The position numbers were made by a program, and so were the translations under genes. A stretch of DNA of 64,000 bases from Patescibacteria group bacterium. GTDB taxonomy: Bacteria; Patescibacteriota; Microgenomatia; UBA8517. The notes under the pieces were generated by a model. It did not search any database, was not told the origin of the DNA, and saw only the letters and a list, made by a program, of their open reading frames with translations. The DNA lies in NCBI GenBank assembly GCA_041742135.1, contig JBGSJG010000004.1:364758-428757 (forward strand), written 5' to 3'. The number at the start of each line of letters is the position of its first letter. Position 1 is the stretch's first letter. Positions 1-9,996 of this stretch are shown in pieces.

Positions 1-1267
1 TTCTAAAATGTGAGCACGTTTTTTGGCGTTTGTAAGCTCGAATATTGTTCTTCTGGTAATGACCCTTTGCCTATGAAGAATATACTCAACAAGAATTTGC
101 TTAAGATTTACCGTGTGTGGCGTGCCGTCTACCAAGGCCACAAAATTTGCTGGGAAGCTTGACTGTAATTTGGTGTGCTTGTAGAGGTTGTTAAGAATGG
201 ATTTAGGTTTGCCATCGCGCTTAAGCTCGATAACCACACTCATTCCGTCCTTGTCGGATTCGTCGCGGAGTGCGGCGATGCCACCAAGCTTCTTGTCCCG
301 TACAAGCTCAGCGATGTGAGCCACCAAGAGGCTTTTGTTAACTTGGTACGGAAGCTCAGTAATTTCAATTATTGATCTTTTACCTTTTTCCTTAATTTCG
401 GCTATTCCTCGAACCACAATTTTCCCGCGGCCTGTGCTATAAATCTCATCCATATTTGAAGCGCCGTAAATGGCTCCTCCTGTAGGAAAGTCAGGCCCCG
501 GGACGATTTCGACTAGTTCGGGGATTGTAACGTCGCTTTCAAATTCGGTTTTGATGCTGGCTATTTCGCTTTCCGAAAGTTCTTTGGATCGCCCTGCTGC
601 CACAGATTCAATTTTAACGACCAATCCGTCCACCCAACTTCCAAGCTCATCAGCCTTTGTAAGTGGTCTGCCTTTTTTGATCGCAGCTATTGTAGCGTCA
701 ACTACCTCAGTTAAGTTGTGCGGCGGGATTTTCGTCGCCATTCCCACAGCGATTCCTTCGGATCCCATCAAAAGCAAATTTGGTAGAAGTGCTGGCAAAA
801 AGACTGGTTCTTTCAGGGTTCCGTCAAAATTATCTACAAAGTCGACTGTTGCTTTGTCAATCTCGCGAAGCATATAGTCGGCAATTGATGAAAGCTTTGC
901 CTCGGTATAACGCATAGCAGCAGGCGGATCGCCATCGACTGAGCCAAAATTTCCCTGACCTTTGACCAGTGGATAGCGAAGAGAAAAATCTTGTGCCAAG
1001 CGCACCATCGCTTCGTAAACTGGACTGTCTCCGTGTGGATGGTATTTACCCAGAACTTCACCGACAACCTTGGCGCTTTTGGTAAATCGAGATTTACTGT
1101 CAAGCCCCATGAGATACATTGCATAAAGAATTCGTCTATGAACGGGTTTTAAACCATCGCGAATATCAGGAAGTGCGCGAGCTACAATCACGCTCATCGC
1201 ATAATCTAAATAACTTTTTGAAAGTTCGGCAGAAATCTCTGTAGGGATTACATTACTTGGGTTCATG
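1..1267 (-). CDS. gyrA: DNA gyrase subunit A, N-terminal ~420 aa; the gene runs off the window start
   Basis: Manual reverse-complement translation from the ATG at 1267 reads [50 protein letters not shown]...HPHGD...[10 protein letters not shown]...RAHILE without a stop down to position 1. These are classic GyrA motifs, including the active-site Tyr region. The gene is not in the ORF track because it is open at the window edge. Confidence 0.85.
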
Positions 1268-1322
1268 TTTGTGTCGTGCGTAAGCTAATCATTTTAGCCT
1301 TCCAGCAGCCAATTGGCAAGAA

Positions 1323-1556
1323 TTAATGGAGATTTCGGTATATCTCAATGATAACTAGGAAAAATACTGCAATTGCCAAAGCACTAGTAAAAGGTAGATA
1401 TAAAACGCTTTCTCCGATATTTATTACAACATCGCCAGGAAATGTTCGAAATTCATGTCTACCAAAGAAAGTTACTAGCAAAAAGAATGCTAAAGCATAA
1501 AAAATTGCAAACTTGATACCGTAAACAGATATAAATTTTTTTATATTTATGTTCAT
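1323..1556 (-). CDS. hypothetical small membrane protein (77 aa)
   Basis: ORF track entry with two hydrophobic segments and no recognisable motif. Confidence 0.3.
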   Translation of the reverse strand: MNINIKKFISVYGIKFAIFYALAFFLLVTFFGRHEFRTFPGDVVINIGESVLYLPFTSALAIAVFFLVIIEIYRNLH

Positions 1557-1735
1557 TTTTCCATCATCTCGTATGGGGTAGGGCTGGGCGTAGCTTGTGC
1601 GGCATTGCTTACGGTGGCTCTACTTGAATTGTTTGCTAATGAAAAAAGCGGAATCATCATCACAAACAACGCAAAAACTGCGAGTGACATAACTGGTGTC
1701 ATTGTTAAATTTGTTTTCTTTGCCAAGCTAATCAC
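1553..1735 (-). CDS. hypothetical small membrane protein (60 aa)
   Basis: ORF track entry, hydrophobic, with a 4-nt overlap with the downstream ORF. Confidence 0.25.
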   Translation of the reverse strand: MISLAKKTNLTMTPVMSLAVFALFVMMIPLFSLANNSSRATVSNAAQATPSPTPYEMMEK

Positions 1736-1783
1736 CTCCTAATTATTAAATATAGCATAGATTTTCATTATGCAATATGCCAC

Positions 1784-2002
1784 TCATCTTTTGGTTTTAT
1801 TAACCTTAGTTTTTTCTGGTTCTAAAATCACCGCAGCCAATATGTATAAAAAAACTCCCGGAACAAACCCTGTAAATGCCATTAAAGCTAGATAAAAGAT
1901 GCGAATTATCGTCGCATCGATGTTTGTGTAATTGGCAAATCCAGAAAGCACCCCGGAGATTATTTTGTTGTCCAAACTTTTCTTAAGCTGTTTTTTGGCC
2001 AT
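1784..2002 (-). CDS. PspC-domain membrane protein
   Basis: KKSLDNKIISGVLSGFANYTNIDATIIRIFYLAL followed by a transmembrane segment matches the PspC-domain signature (K-x-L-x-R-x-x-x-x-K-x-I-x-G-V-x-x-G-x-A...DPT). Confidence 0.55.
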   Translation of the reverse strand: MAKKQLKKSLDNKIISGVLSGFANYTNIDATIIRIFYLALMAFTGFVPGVFLYILAAVILEPEKTKVNKTKR

Positions 2003-2342
2003 TGTCCTCCTTTGCTTTAATAACGATTGGGCGAAGTAAATAAGTCCCTAGTGAGGCAATCTTTCCACCTGCCGTAACCATAAAACCCATTAAAAACAAA
2101 TGCGCTGTTGTGTTTGCTGGAGCATTTAATGTGTCTGCTGGAAAAAGTTCAACCTCGGGCATATTAGCTGAATTAGGAACTTCCGCCATCAGTGAACTGA
2201 CCGGGATAGATATTGCTGGAAAATTAAATAGTGGTACAGGTTCTTGCTTGTTGGTAAACACCGCGTAAACACTTAAGGCCGCCAGTAGGATTGCAACAAG
2301 GCCTGTAAGTGGCAGTGAGTACCCGATCATTTTTTCGCTCAT
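1983..2342 (-). CDS. hypothetical membrane protein (119 aa)
   Basis: ORF track entry with an N-terminal transmembrane helix and no motif recognised. Confidence 0.4.
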   Translation of the reverse strand: MSEKMIGYSLPLTGLVAILLAALSVYAVFTNKQEPVPLFNFPAISIPVSSLMAEVPNSANMPEVELFPADTLNAPANTTAHLFLMGFMVTAGGKIASLGTYLLRPIVIKAKEDNGQKTA

Positions 2343-2386
2343 GCTTCATAATATATAAAGTTATAGTTGACATCAAGAATGTTTAG

Positions 2387-3253
2387 TTGGTAATTTTAAT
2401 TGTGACAACCAATCGTGTTCTTTTAGGTGTTTTACTTTTTGGAACTTTTCTTCTTTTGTCTCTTCCCTCGCCAAAATCTGCCCTTTCAGCTTTTAACAAT
2501 GTCGTTATAAATGAAGTTCAGATTGCTGGAAGTGTGGCTGAGGATGAGTTTGTAGAGCTTTATAATCCTACTGGCAACCCGGTGGACATATCCGGCTGGA
2601 GACTTACTAGAAATACAGAATCAGGACAAAGCGAGTCAAATCTTGTACTGAATCTCTCGGGAACTGTACCCGCTGGCGGTTACTTTTTAGTGGCTAATGA
2701 TGATTTTACCGGACCAACTCCCGATCAACTTTATTCGGCACTTAGTAATAATATTGCAAATAATAATTCAGTGACGCTTTATAGCGACGCTGGAGTTACG
2801 GTCGTGGATAGAGTTGGTTTTGGCAGTTCTACTTTGTTTGAAGGGGCAGCTTTTCCTACAAATCCACCTGCGCTTGGAAGTATTCAAAGAACCGCAGACA
2901 CAGAGAACAATGCAAATGACTTCGAGCTTTTAGAAGTTTCAACTCCAATGAATTCTGGTTCGTCCCCAACTCCTTCACCAACGCCAACTCAGACAGCTAC
3001 TGCTACGCCTGAACCATCAGTAACACCCACACCAACTCCCACAGCTACACCTACAGTATCCCCGACTGCAACTCCAACCTCTACGCCATCCGTAACCCCT
3101 GCGCCAACATCAACACCCAAACCAAGTGTTGATTTTTCAGTCGGAACATTTTACACCGCTAGTTCAAAAGTTGAATGTAAGTTGACTATCAGAAGATTTG
3201 GGTTTTTCCGAATGATTGTCCCTCAGTGCACTCGAAGCTTGTTGACTAAATAA
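2387..3253 (+). CDS. secreted lamin-tail-domain (LTD) protein with Pro/Thr-rich linker; TTG start
   Basis: Signal peptide, then VVINEVQIAGSVAEDEFVELYNPTGNPVDISGWRL, the LTD hallmark (INE...DEFVELYN...SGW). A C-terminal SPTPSPTPTQTATATPEPSVTPTPTPTATP... linker follows. The last ~40 aa overlap the convergent gene and may be a spurious read-through. Confidence 0.6.
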   Translation: MVILIVTTNRVLLGVLLFGTFLLLSLPSPKSALSAFNNVVINEVQIAGSVAEDEFVELYNPTGNPVDISGWRLTRNTESGQSESNLVLNLSGTVPAGGYFLVANDDFTGPTPDQLYSALSNNIANNNSVTLYSDAGVTVVDRVGFGSSTLFEGAAFPTNPPALGSIQRTADTENNANDFELLEVSTPMNSGSSPTPSPTPTQTATATPEPSVTPTPTPTATPTVSPTATPTSTPSVTPAPTSTPKPSVDFSVGTFYTASSKVECKLTIRRFGFFRMIVPQCTRSLLTK

Positions 3254-4067
3254 CGTAAATATCTTGATTGTAATTACTCACTCCAACGAGTTTTCCTTTG
3301 CCTTTTGAAATCTCTTCAAGGGGCACGCAGTATCGACAGCCATTTTGTGGACACTTAAAGTGATCCAACTGCCTGGCAAGTTTCATCCTTTTGGCAACCG
3401 AGAGTACTTGGTCTTCGCTTGCCTTTAAATCCGGAAGATTTACGAGCGTGGGAGAATCGTCTGTTAATAAGTACCAGTAGCTTGCGGCTGAGACGTGCCT
3501 AGACTGCGTGTTTTCGACCAAAAGACAGTAGATAGGTAGCTGAAGTGAGTCGTCGTGTTCTTTGTTCTTGCCGGTCTTGAAATCGACTACATGAACCGAG
3601 TCAGTCTCTTCCACAAACGAGAGCCAGTCTACTTTGCCGCATAGGATAATATTTTCCTCTTCGCTTATATAATAGTGAGGAAGCTCCTGCTTAATTTTGA
3701 TTGCCTTTTGAGTGATGGGGCCCGGGTTATCCATGATTCGCTGAAGCATTGTTTGGCCCTTTTGTTTATACTCTGCTTCCTGTTCTTTTGAGGTAAAACC
3801 GCCTCTTTCTCCGCTTATTTTCTCCCACTCTGTATCGAGTTTTTTAAGAAGCGAAATTTTAAGCCTGTCTTCTGTTGGGAGAGTTGACAGTGAATCAATA
3901 ACATCATGAACCACTTGCCCCAAAGCCAAAGGTGGCTCAATTCTGGTGATTTTATGACCCGTTAGCGGGTCTTTATAGACATTCCGGAGGTAGTAAAGAC
4001 GAGGACAATTTAGAAAATCTGCGATGGAGCTGTGGGAAACCCAGATTGCCGAATACTTATCGCTCAT
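3246..4067 (-). CDS. PD-(D/E)XK nuclease, Cas4/RecB-family-like with 4-Cys cluster
   Basis: N-terminal Cys (FLNCPRLYYL), the RecB motifs VDWLSF...VVDFKTGK and QLPIYCLL (Q-x-x-x-Y), and a C-terminal CPQNGCRYC. No CRISPR array is nearby. Confidence 0.6.
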   Translation of the reverse strand: MSDKYSAIWVSHSSIADFLNCPRLYYLRNVYKDPLTGHKITRIEPPLALGQVVHDVIDSLSTLPTEDRLKISLLKKLDTEWEKISGERGGFTSKEQEAEYKQKGQTMLQRIMDNPGPITQKAIKIKQELPHYYISEEENIILCGKVDWLSFVEETDSVHVVDFKTGKNKEHDDSLQLPIYCLLVENTQSRHVSAASYWYLLTDDSPTLVNLPDLKASEDQVLSVAKRMKLARQLDHFKCPQNGCRYCVPLEEISKGKGKLVGVSNYNQDIYVI

Positions 4068-4134
4068 TGAAACAAGTATATACTAAAAGCGGCTAACGCA
4101 CCGCCTAAAAGGGCAACAAAAAATAAAAATAGGA

Positions 4135-6105
4135 TTAAAACTCCAAGTTTGATACTTCCTCCCAATTACTCATGTTAAGCACAACTACTTCTTGCTCGCC
4201 AATGATGTATAGGTAATTATCGATATAAAGTGCCCTTTTGGCAGTAACATCACTCACTGCCCGCCTAAGCGCTAAAGTATCCGCATAATCGAAAATGTAG
4301 CCGTTTCCACCTGCTGGTATGAAGAAAACTTTGTTGTCAGGATCTGCCAAAAATGCGTGATGGTTGTTTTGGAATTCTGTCCAGAATTCGTCTAACAAAT
4401 ATTTGTCTACCTCTGTGGGGTTTTGAGCATTTGATACGTCAAAAACCGACAATTTAACTTGCGAGTTTTCCTGCCCAACACCCAAGATGCGATTGTCGCT
4501 AAGTGGGTGCAAATATGAAGAAAAGCCTGGAATTTTAAGCTCGCCCGCAACACGCGGATTTGATGAATCTGATAAATCAATAACGAAAAACGGATCTATT
4601 TGTTTGAATGTCACCAAATAAGCTCTCTCCCCTATAAATCTGGCTGAGTATATCCTCTCCCCTAGTGCCAAGCCTTGAATCTGACCTTTTACTTTTAGGC
4701 TTGAGTCCAGCACATATAAATCATTGGCTGATTCCCCTCGCCCAAACATGGTTGAAGCGGAAAGTGTGGTAGCAACACGAAGCTCACCGTTATATTCATC
4801 CAGAGAAAACTGATTTAAGGGAGCTCCGGGCACATCTCCAGTTGCCACAACTTCTAGATCTTTGTTGATTTTTACAATCTTTGTCGTTTGAAGTTCGCGC
4901 CCATGGTTCACCAGATAGTCGTTCATTCGGTTTGACAGTTCACTTTCCACTCGTGTGCGCTCGTCGTTGCTTAATGTTGCTAAAAATCTTTGGATAATTA
5001 CGTTGAGTTCGTTATTTTTTGATTCTTGGCTAATATCAAGTGATACCAAGTTGTTAATCTTAAGAACAACGCTGCTGGGGATTAAATCCTGATTTTCTGA
5101 GAGAAAATTTGCAGTAAAGGCCAACATGTTGGGGTACATTGTGAAGCTGGCATAAATAGCATCGGGTGAGACGTAAATAACACTATTGTTACCACCTACG
5201 AATGTTGTAGTTTTTTCTACATTTCCCGTTGAGGGATCTAGTTTAATAACCGAGTATACCGAGTCAGTCGAGATTGGCTGGCTGGGGCGATAAATATCCG
5301 TACAAGCGATTGTTAGTCCGCCATCAAAAAGCGGCACCGGGCATGGAAAATCAAAGTTGGCATAACGTCTAGCAATTACGTAGGCTTTCCCGTCAAGAAG
5401 CCGTGCTGTCAGATATCCAAAATTCTCATCAAATTTCTCTTCCCAGCTAAGCGTTGGGTTTTTGGGGTCTGATACGTCAAAAGCCTTTACTCGGTCATAG
5501 CTAAAAACCAGTAGTTTGTCGTTTGCTAGAAGAAGTTCCCCGTTCGCTTCTACCTCGCTAGCCAGTGATATCGCTGTAGGTGGCAAAGCATTGACTACCT
5601 TTGTGTTTGGCGCCTGATAAGTAGGTGGTACGAATCCGGGCTCGGTAGGCATCATCTTTTGCTCAAGAATTAAAGGTTCGACTGGAAGGTCGTAATAAAC
5701 CATATTTTCTGAAGAGAAAAATATGTTCTGGCCGTCGGTTTTAACAATGTCTGGCTCGTCAATTCCTGTAACCTGCACATTGGTTTCAGAAACCCTTTTG
5801 GAGTCAAGCGAGGGAGCAAGTACTTCTTGGGCAGACGTTTCCATGTTAATGGCTAAATCGCGAGCACCACCAAAGCCAGCAAAGCCGTAATTTTGTGCCG
5901 AATTTGCAATGTACTCCCTAAGCTCAGTTTCACTTGCGAACTTTTTAAAATCGGTGTCTGCGGGTTTAAAGCCGTTGTCGTTGTTAATAAAAATTAATCC
6001 AAAAACTCCAAGTAATACAAAAACAAACGCGGAAATAATTGTAAAAATGAGCGCTGGTTTTATGTGTTGATTTTTTTGAGGCTCTGATTCTTGGTTCGGA
6101 AGCAT
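4135..6105 (-). CDS. membrane-anchored secreted protein, beta-propeller-like (656 aa), function unknown
   Basis: N-terminal transmembrane helix, then a long beta-rich sequence with repeated aromatic/Gly/Asp patterns. The resemblance to the Beta_propel family was judged by eye only. Confidence 0.4.
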   Translation of the reverse strand: MLPNQESEPQKNQHIKPALIFTIISAFVFVLLGVFGLIFINNDNGFKPADTDFKKFASETELREYIANSAQNYGFAGFGGARDLAINMETSAQEVLAPSLDSKRVSETNVQVTGIDEPDIVKTDGQNIFFSSENMVYYDLPVEPLILEQKMMPTEPGFVPPTYQAPNTKVVNALPPTAISLASEVEANGELLLANDKLLVFSYDRVKAFDVSDPKNPTLSWEEKFDENFGYLTARLLDGKAYVIARRYANFDFPCPVPLFDGGLTIACTDIYRPSQPISTDSVYSVIKLDPSTGNVEKTTTFVGGNNSVIYVSPDAIYASFTMYPNMLAFTANFLSENQDLIPSSVVLKINNLVSLDISQESKNNELNVIIQRFLATLSNDERTRVESELSNRMNDYLVNHGRELQTTKIVKINKDLEVVATGDVPGAPLNQFSLDEYNGELRVATTLSASTMFGRGESANDLYVLDSSLKVKGQIQGLALGERIYSARFIGERAYLVTFKQIDPFFVIDLSDSSNPRVAGELKIPGFSSYLHPLSDNRILGVGQENSQVKLSVFDVSNAQNPTEVDKYLLDEFWTEFQNNHHAFLADPDNKVFFIPAGGNGYIFDYADTLALRRAVSDVTAKRALYIDNYLYIIGEQEVVVLNMSNWEEVSNLEF

Positions 6106-6107
6106 AG

Positions 6108-7445
6108 CTACATTTTATATGTTTCTTCAAGCTTTGGCAAAAGGATTTCTACTGATTTGCTCTCTAAAATTTTGTTTTTTAGGGCTTCCCTTGGGCCGTC
6201 TTCGCCGTGCACTAAAAATACTTTTGAGACGTTTTTGATATGATTAAGCCAGTCCGTAAGAATCGGCTGATCTGCATGAGCACTCATTGAATGAATCGAT
6301 GTCACATTGGCCTTAACATTCACTTTTTGCCCATATATTTGGACTTCTTTAGCACCCTCTTCGAGAGCGCGTCCTACTGTATGTTCCGCTTGAAAACCTA
6401 CTATCAGAAGTCTTGTGTTGTCACGAGGCAGGAGTCTAAGTGCGTGCTCTAAAATTCTGCCCCCTGTCATCATTCCGCTTCCCGCGATAATAATTCTAGG
6501 GCCGTTTAAGGCGCTAACGCGTTGGCTCTCGCGCCGATCCGAAACTATTTGTAAGCCCGAAAACATAAATGGGTCACCGGCCTTTGTGTCTCCCCTAAGC
6601 TCCTCTCCGTAAAGATCTGGAAATTTTTTGTAAATTTCTGTGACAGTCTCGCCCATCGGACTATCGAGGTAAACCGGCGTTCCTTTTTTCATTCTGCCAT
6701 CACCTTTGAAATGTTTGAGTTTGTGTAGTAGAACCTGGGTTCTCTCAACTGAAAAAGAAGGAATAAGAAGGGTGCCGTTTGTTTGCTCAACTGTGTTTAT
6801 TTCAGATTGGATTAATTGGTCTGGGTTGTCATTTGGATGAATTGTGTCCCCATAAGTAGATTCCATGACGACGGTATCTGCACTGTCAATAAATTCAATT
6901 GGTTTTACCAAGTCTTCGGGGGAGTTGCCTAGGTCCCCGCTAAATGCATATGTTTTGTTTTCGTCTAAGTTTTTGATAATTATGCTGGCTGAGCCTAAAA
7001 TGTGCCCAGCATCTTTATAGATAATTTCAAATCCCGGGATACTAATCACTTCATCATATGAAACAGGTTTAAAAAGATTTAAAGTTCCTAAAACCTGCTC
7101 TTTAGTGTATAAAACTGGCTTGTCATCATCCCCTGCCATTATGTGAGCGGCGTCTAGAAGAACCGCTTCTGCAATTTCGCGTGTGGCGGCTGTGGCATAA
7201 ATATTACCGCGAAAACCATTTTTATAAAGTATGGGAAGTCTGCCGCAGTGATCCAGATGCGCGTGGGTTAAAAAAACCGCGGAAAGTTCTGGAGCAGAAA
7301 GCGGCAACGGGCGTTGGTTTAACGACTCTGTTTCATAGTCTCCTTGAAACATTCCCAAGTCCACTAAAAGTTTTACTTTATCGCTCGAAAGCAAATATGA
7401 TGAGCCAGTAACCATCCCGGCTGCACCTAAAAATGTTATGTCCAC
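6108..7445 (-). CDS. MBL-fold beta-CASP ribonuclease (RNase J / CPSF-like)
   Basis: MDITFLGAAGMVTGSSYLL...LTHAHLDHCGRLP (HxHxDH motif) with C-terminal beta-CASP-like motifs. Confidence 0.7.
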   Translation of the reverse strand: MDITFLGAAGMVTGSSYLLSSDKVKLLVDLGMFQGDYETESLNQRPLPLSAPELSAVFLTHAHLDHCGRLPILYKNGFRGNIYATAATREIAEAVLLDAAHIMAGDDDKPVLYTKEQVLGTLNLFKPVSYDEVISIPGFEIIYKDAGHILGSASIIIKNLDENKTYAFSGDLGNSPEDLVKPIEFIDSADTVVMESTYGDTIHPNDNPDQLIQSEINTVEQTNGTLLIPSFSVERTQVLLHKLKHFKGDGRMKKGTPVYLDSPMGETVTEIYKKFPDLYGEELRGDTKAGDPFMFSGLQIVSDRRESQRVSALNGPRIIIAGSGMMTGGRILEHALRLLPRDNTRLLIVGFQAEHTVGRALEEGAKEVQIYGQKVNVKANVTSIHSMSAHADQPILTDWLNHIKNVSKVFLVHGEDGPREALKNKILESKSVEILLPKLEETYKM

Positions 7446-7477
7446 GAAGTCAGTTTACCAAGATATTAAAGTTTTTC

Positions 7478-8548
7478 CTAGTTCTGTCTTTCCATCTGAT
7501 GCATCGCAACAATAAACAGGCTCTCGCTCCAGCCTAGAGGAGTATTGTCGTTATAGCTGGCGGAGTTTGAAAAATACAATTCCGGTAGTCCCTCAGGGGT
7601 GTCCACTGCGATTAGGTCCTTAATAAGCTCATGGGCTTTAGTGCGATTGCCAAGTTGTTCATATATAATCGCGAGCCAAGCGAGCCCGAAAGTCCACTCG
7701 GCTTCCTCGGAAAAACCATCCGCGTTTTTGTTGTAATAGTGGTCGCCTTTGTAGCGGATAACTCCCCGCTCGCGCCTAAGATGATATTCGATGTTGGCAA
7801 GAATTTCATCTCTTTGTTCAACGTTGACAACTTCGTACGGCCAAATTAAAGACAGAAGCGCCAAGTCGACAAATTTTCGAGATGATTCGCGAGGTAAAAG
7901 TCCACTTAGGCTTCGCTGCCCGCGGCGAACAAGCTGATACGGTACTTGGGCAAACGGCAGACGCATAATTGACTTTAAGCCTGCTACACAAGCTCCGACA
8001 GAGCTCGCATGAAGTTCTTCGTCTTCTTCCCACATGCCAGAATCGGGATCATGCCAGTACTCAATCGACTCCAGATACCTTACAAGTTTGTTTACAATTC
8101 TTTCGTGATCTGGTGTTTTGACAATTGAGCGTTTGAGCCGAGATTCCAGCTCTCCCAAGCGAAACAAGATACAGCCCACTGCGTCGTTTTGTTTATTTCC
8201 CCATTCTTCCCAAAATTCACTAAACGTTTCTGGGTCAAACCTTGCGTGAATATACTGATAGCTATGAGTTGGCTTGTTGGCAATTGCCCAATCAATCTTG
8301 TCCTCGTGTGCTAGAAAAATTTCAAGAATTGCTTTGTAAGTCTTTTCGACAGTTTCCCAGTCCCCCGTTACTTCAAAGGCTAAGGTTTCATAAAAATTAT
8401 CACGCAACCAAGATTTGTTGTAACCAGTTGTGACACTGGCATCAGATGCTAGAAACAGCCCTGTGGGAGTTTTGAGTGATTCGAGGATTGCGACGTGCTT
8501 TGCGATAAGTTCACTGTAAGTCAATTTAGGCATACCTAAGATTATCAC
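7478..8548 (-). CDS. glucoamylase-like (GH15-type alpha/alpha-toroid) glycoside hydrolase family protein
   Basis: GYNKSWLRDNFY (the W-x-RD motif typical of GH15 and related glucoamylase/glucodextranase folds). Size is consistent with a catalytic domain only. Confidence 0.45.
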   Translation of the reverse strand: MIILGMPKLTYSELIAKHVAILESLKTPTGLFLASDASVTTGYNKSWLRDNFYETLAFEVTGDWETVEKTYKAILEIFLAHEDKIDWAIANKPTHSYQYIHARFDPETFSEFWEEWGNKQNDAVGCILFRLGELESRLKRSIVKTPDHERIVNKLVRYLESIEYWHDPDSGMWEEDEELHASSVGACVAGLKSIMRLPFAQVPYQLVRRGQRSLSGLLPRESSRKFVDLALLSLIWPYEVVNVEQRDEILANIEYHLRRERGVIRYKGDHYYNKNADGFSEEAEWTFGLAWLAIIYEQLGNRTKAHELIKDLIAVDTPEGLPELYFSNSASYNDNTPLGWSESLFIVAMHQMERQN

Positions 8549-8553
8549 AAAAT

Positions 8554-9996
8554 ATGTGTGCTATTATTTTGTACATGACCAAACTTCCCCGAGTATTCGC
8601 GTTTATTGATACCGAAACTACGGGCTTAAGCCCATTTCGCGATAGGGTTATTGAGATTGGGATTATAAGAGTTGAAAATGGCGAGATTACAGGAGAACTT
8701 AACAGTGTTGTTCGGCCAAATATGTTTGTGCCACCCGAGATTTTTGCACTTACTGGAATTTCGGATAACGAGATTCAGATAGCCCCAGAGTTTAGCGAAA
8801 TCAGCTCTCGCGTTCGCGAGCTTTTAGATGGCGCGGTTTTTACGGCACATAACGCTCGGTTTGATTATGCATTTTTAAAACACGAGTTTACCCGTATGGG
8901 TGATCCTTACCAGTCCCGCGTGCTGTGTACAGTAAGGTTAGCAAGATTACTTTTTCCAAAGGCTTCGCACTACTCTTTATCTCACCTTATCGACTATTTT
9001 GGCATCAAGCCTTCTGCTCGGCACAGAGCTTATGCAGATGCCGAGGTCTTGCACGAAATTTATAAGATTGCCTTAAGACATCATGGCGAGGCTAAGGTTA
9101 ACGAGGTAATTGACTTAATTCTTAAGTCTTCCTCATTGCCTTCAAAGCTAACATCAAGCCAAGTAGAGAATCTTCCGGATTCGCCGGGAATTTATATGTT
9201 TTTTGGTGAAGGTTCGTCACTTCCTCTTTACGTGGGCAAAAGCATCAACATAAAAGAACGCGTAAAAAGTCATTTTGCGGGTGATCACAGAGTTGCGGTA
9301 GATCTTGCCTTGTCATCGCAAATTGCGCGCATAGAATCGGTTTCCACTGCGGGAGAGATTGGTGCCTTGATTCGTGAGGCGGATGCGATTAAAGCTCTTT
9401 TGCCAATTTATAATAAACAGCTTCGCCGCCGGCGTGACCTGTGGGTCGCAGTTCGGGGAAAGAAAAGAAAATACAGTTCGGTTGAACTTATTACTGCAGA
9501 ATCTACCAAGCTAGCGCCTGATAATATTCTAGCGGTTTTTAAAAGCAAGAAAATGGCGACTGAGACCCTACACTCTTTGTGCCGGGAGTGTCACCTGTGC
9601 CCAAAGCTTTTAGGAATCGAAAAAGGTAGCGGAGCCTGTTTTATGAGCCAGATTGGCATCTGCCCCGGCGCTTGTACGGGTAACGCAGACCCTAAAGCCT
9701 ACAATGCACACTTTGAAGAGGCCTTTGATAAGACCAAGGTGCAGGAGTGGCCGTATGCCGGTGCAATTGCAATTACTGAGCAAAACTTTGACGGTATGAT
9801 TGAAGTTCACGTAGTCGACAGATGGGTATATATGGGAAGCGTAGCTTACAAATATGACGACATGACTGAGATTAAGAAGGAAAAATACACACCAAGGTTC
9901 GACTGGGATATATACAAGATTTTAGCCAAAAGGGTTCTTAACCCAAAAAAGATTCGCGTACTCACAAGGGCACAAGTAGAAGAGTTTCTTAATTAA
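8554..9996 (+). CDS. DnaQ-like 3'-5' exonuclease fused to GIY-YIG nuclease domain (Cho-like)
   Basis: N-terminal FIDTETTGLSP...IEIGII and HNARFDYAFL (DEDDh exonuclease motifs), then PDSPGIYMFFGEGSSLPLYVGKSINIKERVKSHF (GIY-YIG). Confidence 0.7.
   Translation: MCAIILYMTKLPRVFAFIDTETTGLSPFRDRVIEIGIIRVENGEITGELNSVVRPNMFVPPEIFALTGISDNEIQIAPEFSEISSRVRELLDGAVFTAHNARFDYAFLKHEFTRMGDPYQSRVLCTVRLARLLFPKASHYSLSHLIDYFGIKPSARHRAYADAEVLHEIYKIALRHHGEAKVNEVIDLILKSSSLPSKLTSSQVENLPDSPGIYMFFGEGSSLPLYVGKSINIKERVKSHFAGDHRVAVDLALSSQIARIESVSTAGEIGALIREADAIKALLPIYNKQLRRRRDLWVAVRGKKRKYSSVELITAESTKLAPDNILAVFKSKKMATETLHSLCRECHLCPKLLGIEKGSGACFMSQIGICPGACTGNADPKAYNAHFEEAFDKTKVQEWPYAGAIAITEQNFDGMIEVHVVDRWVYMGSVAYKYDDMTEIKKEKYTPRFDWDIYKILAKRVLNPKKIRVLTRAQVEEFLN

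Noticed and set aside
175-1124. Track ORFs 175-375(+), 470-877(+) and 834-1124(-) inside the first 1.2 kb
   Set aside because: A continuous minus-strand reading frame encoding a textbook GyrA N-terminus covers 1-1267. These ORFs lie in other frames of the same DNA and are spurious.
3120-3253. C-terminal 40 aa of the LTD protein (3120-3253), which overlap the convergent nuclease gene
   Set aside because: This is probably an over-extension past the Pro/Thr linker. The true stop cannot be decided without homologs, and the track coordinates were kept with a note.
3246-4067. Cas4-like nuclease as evidence of a CRISPR-Cas system
   Set aside because: No repeat-spacer array and no cas1, cas2 or effector genes are present anywhere in the window. 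Standalone Cas4/RecB-like PD-(D/E)XK nucleases are common, so no CRISPR call was made.
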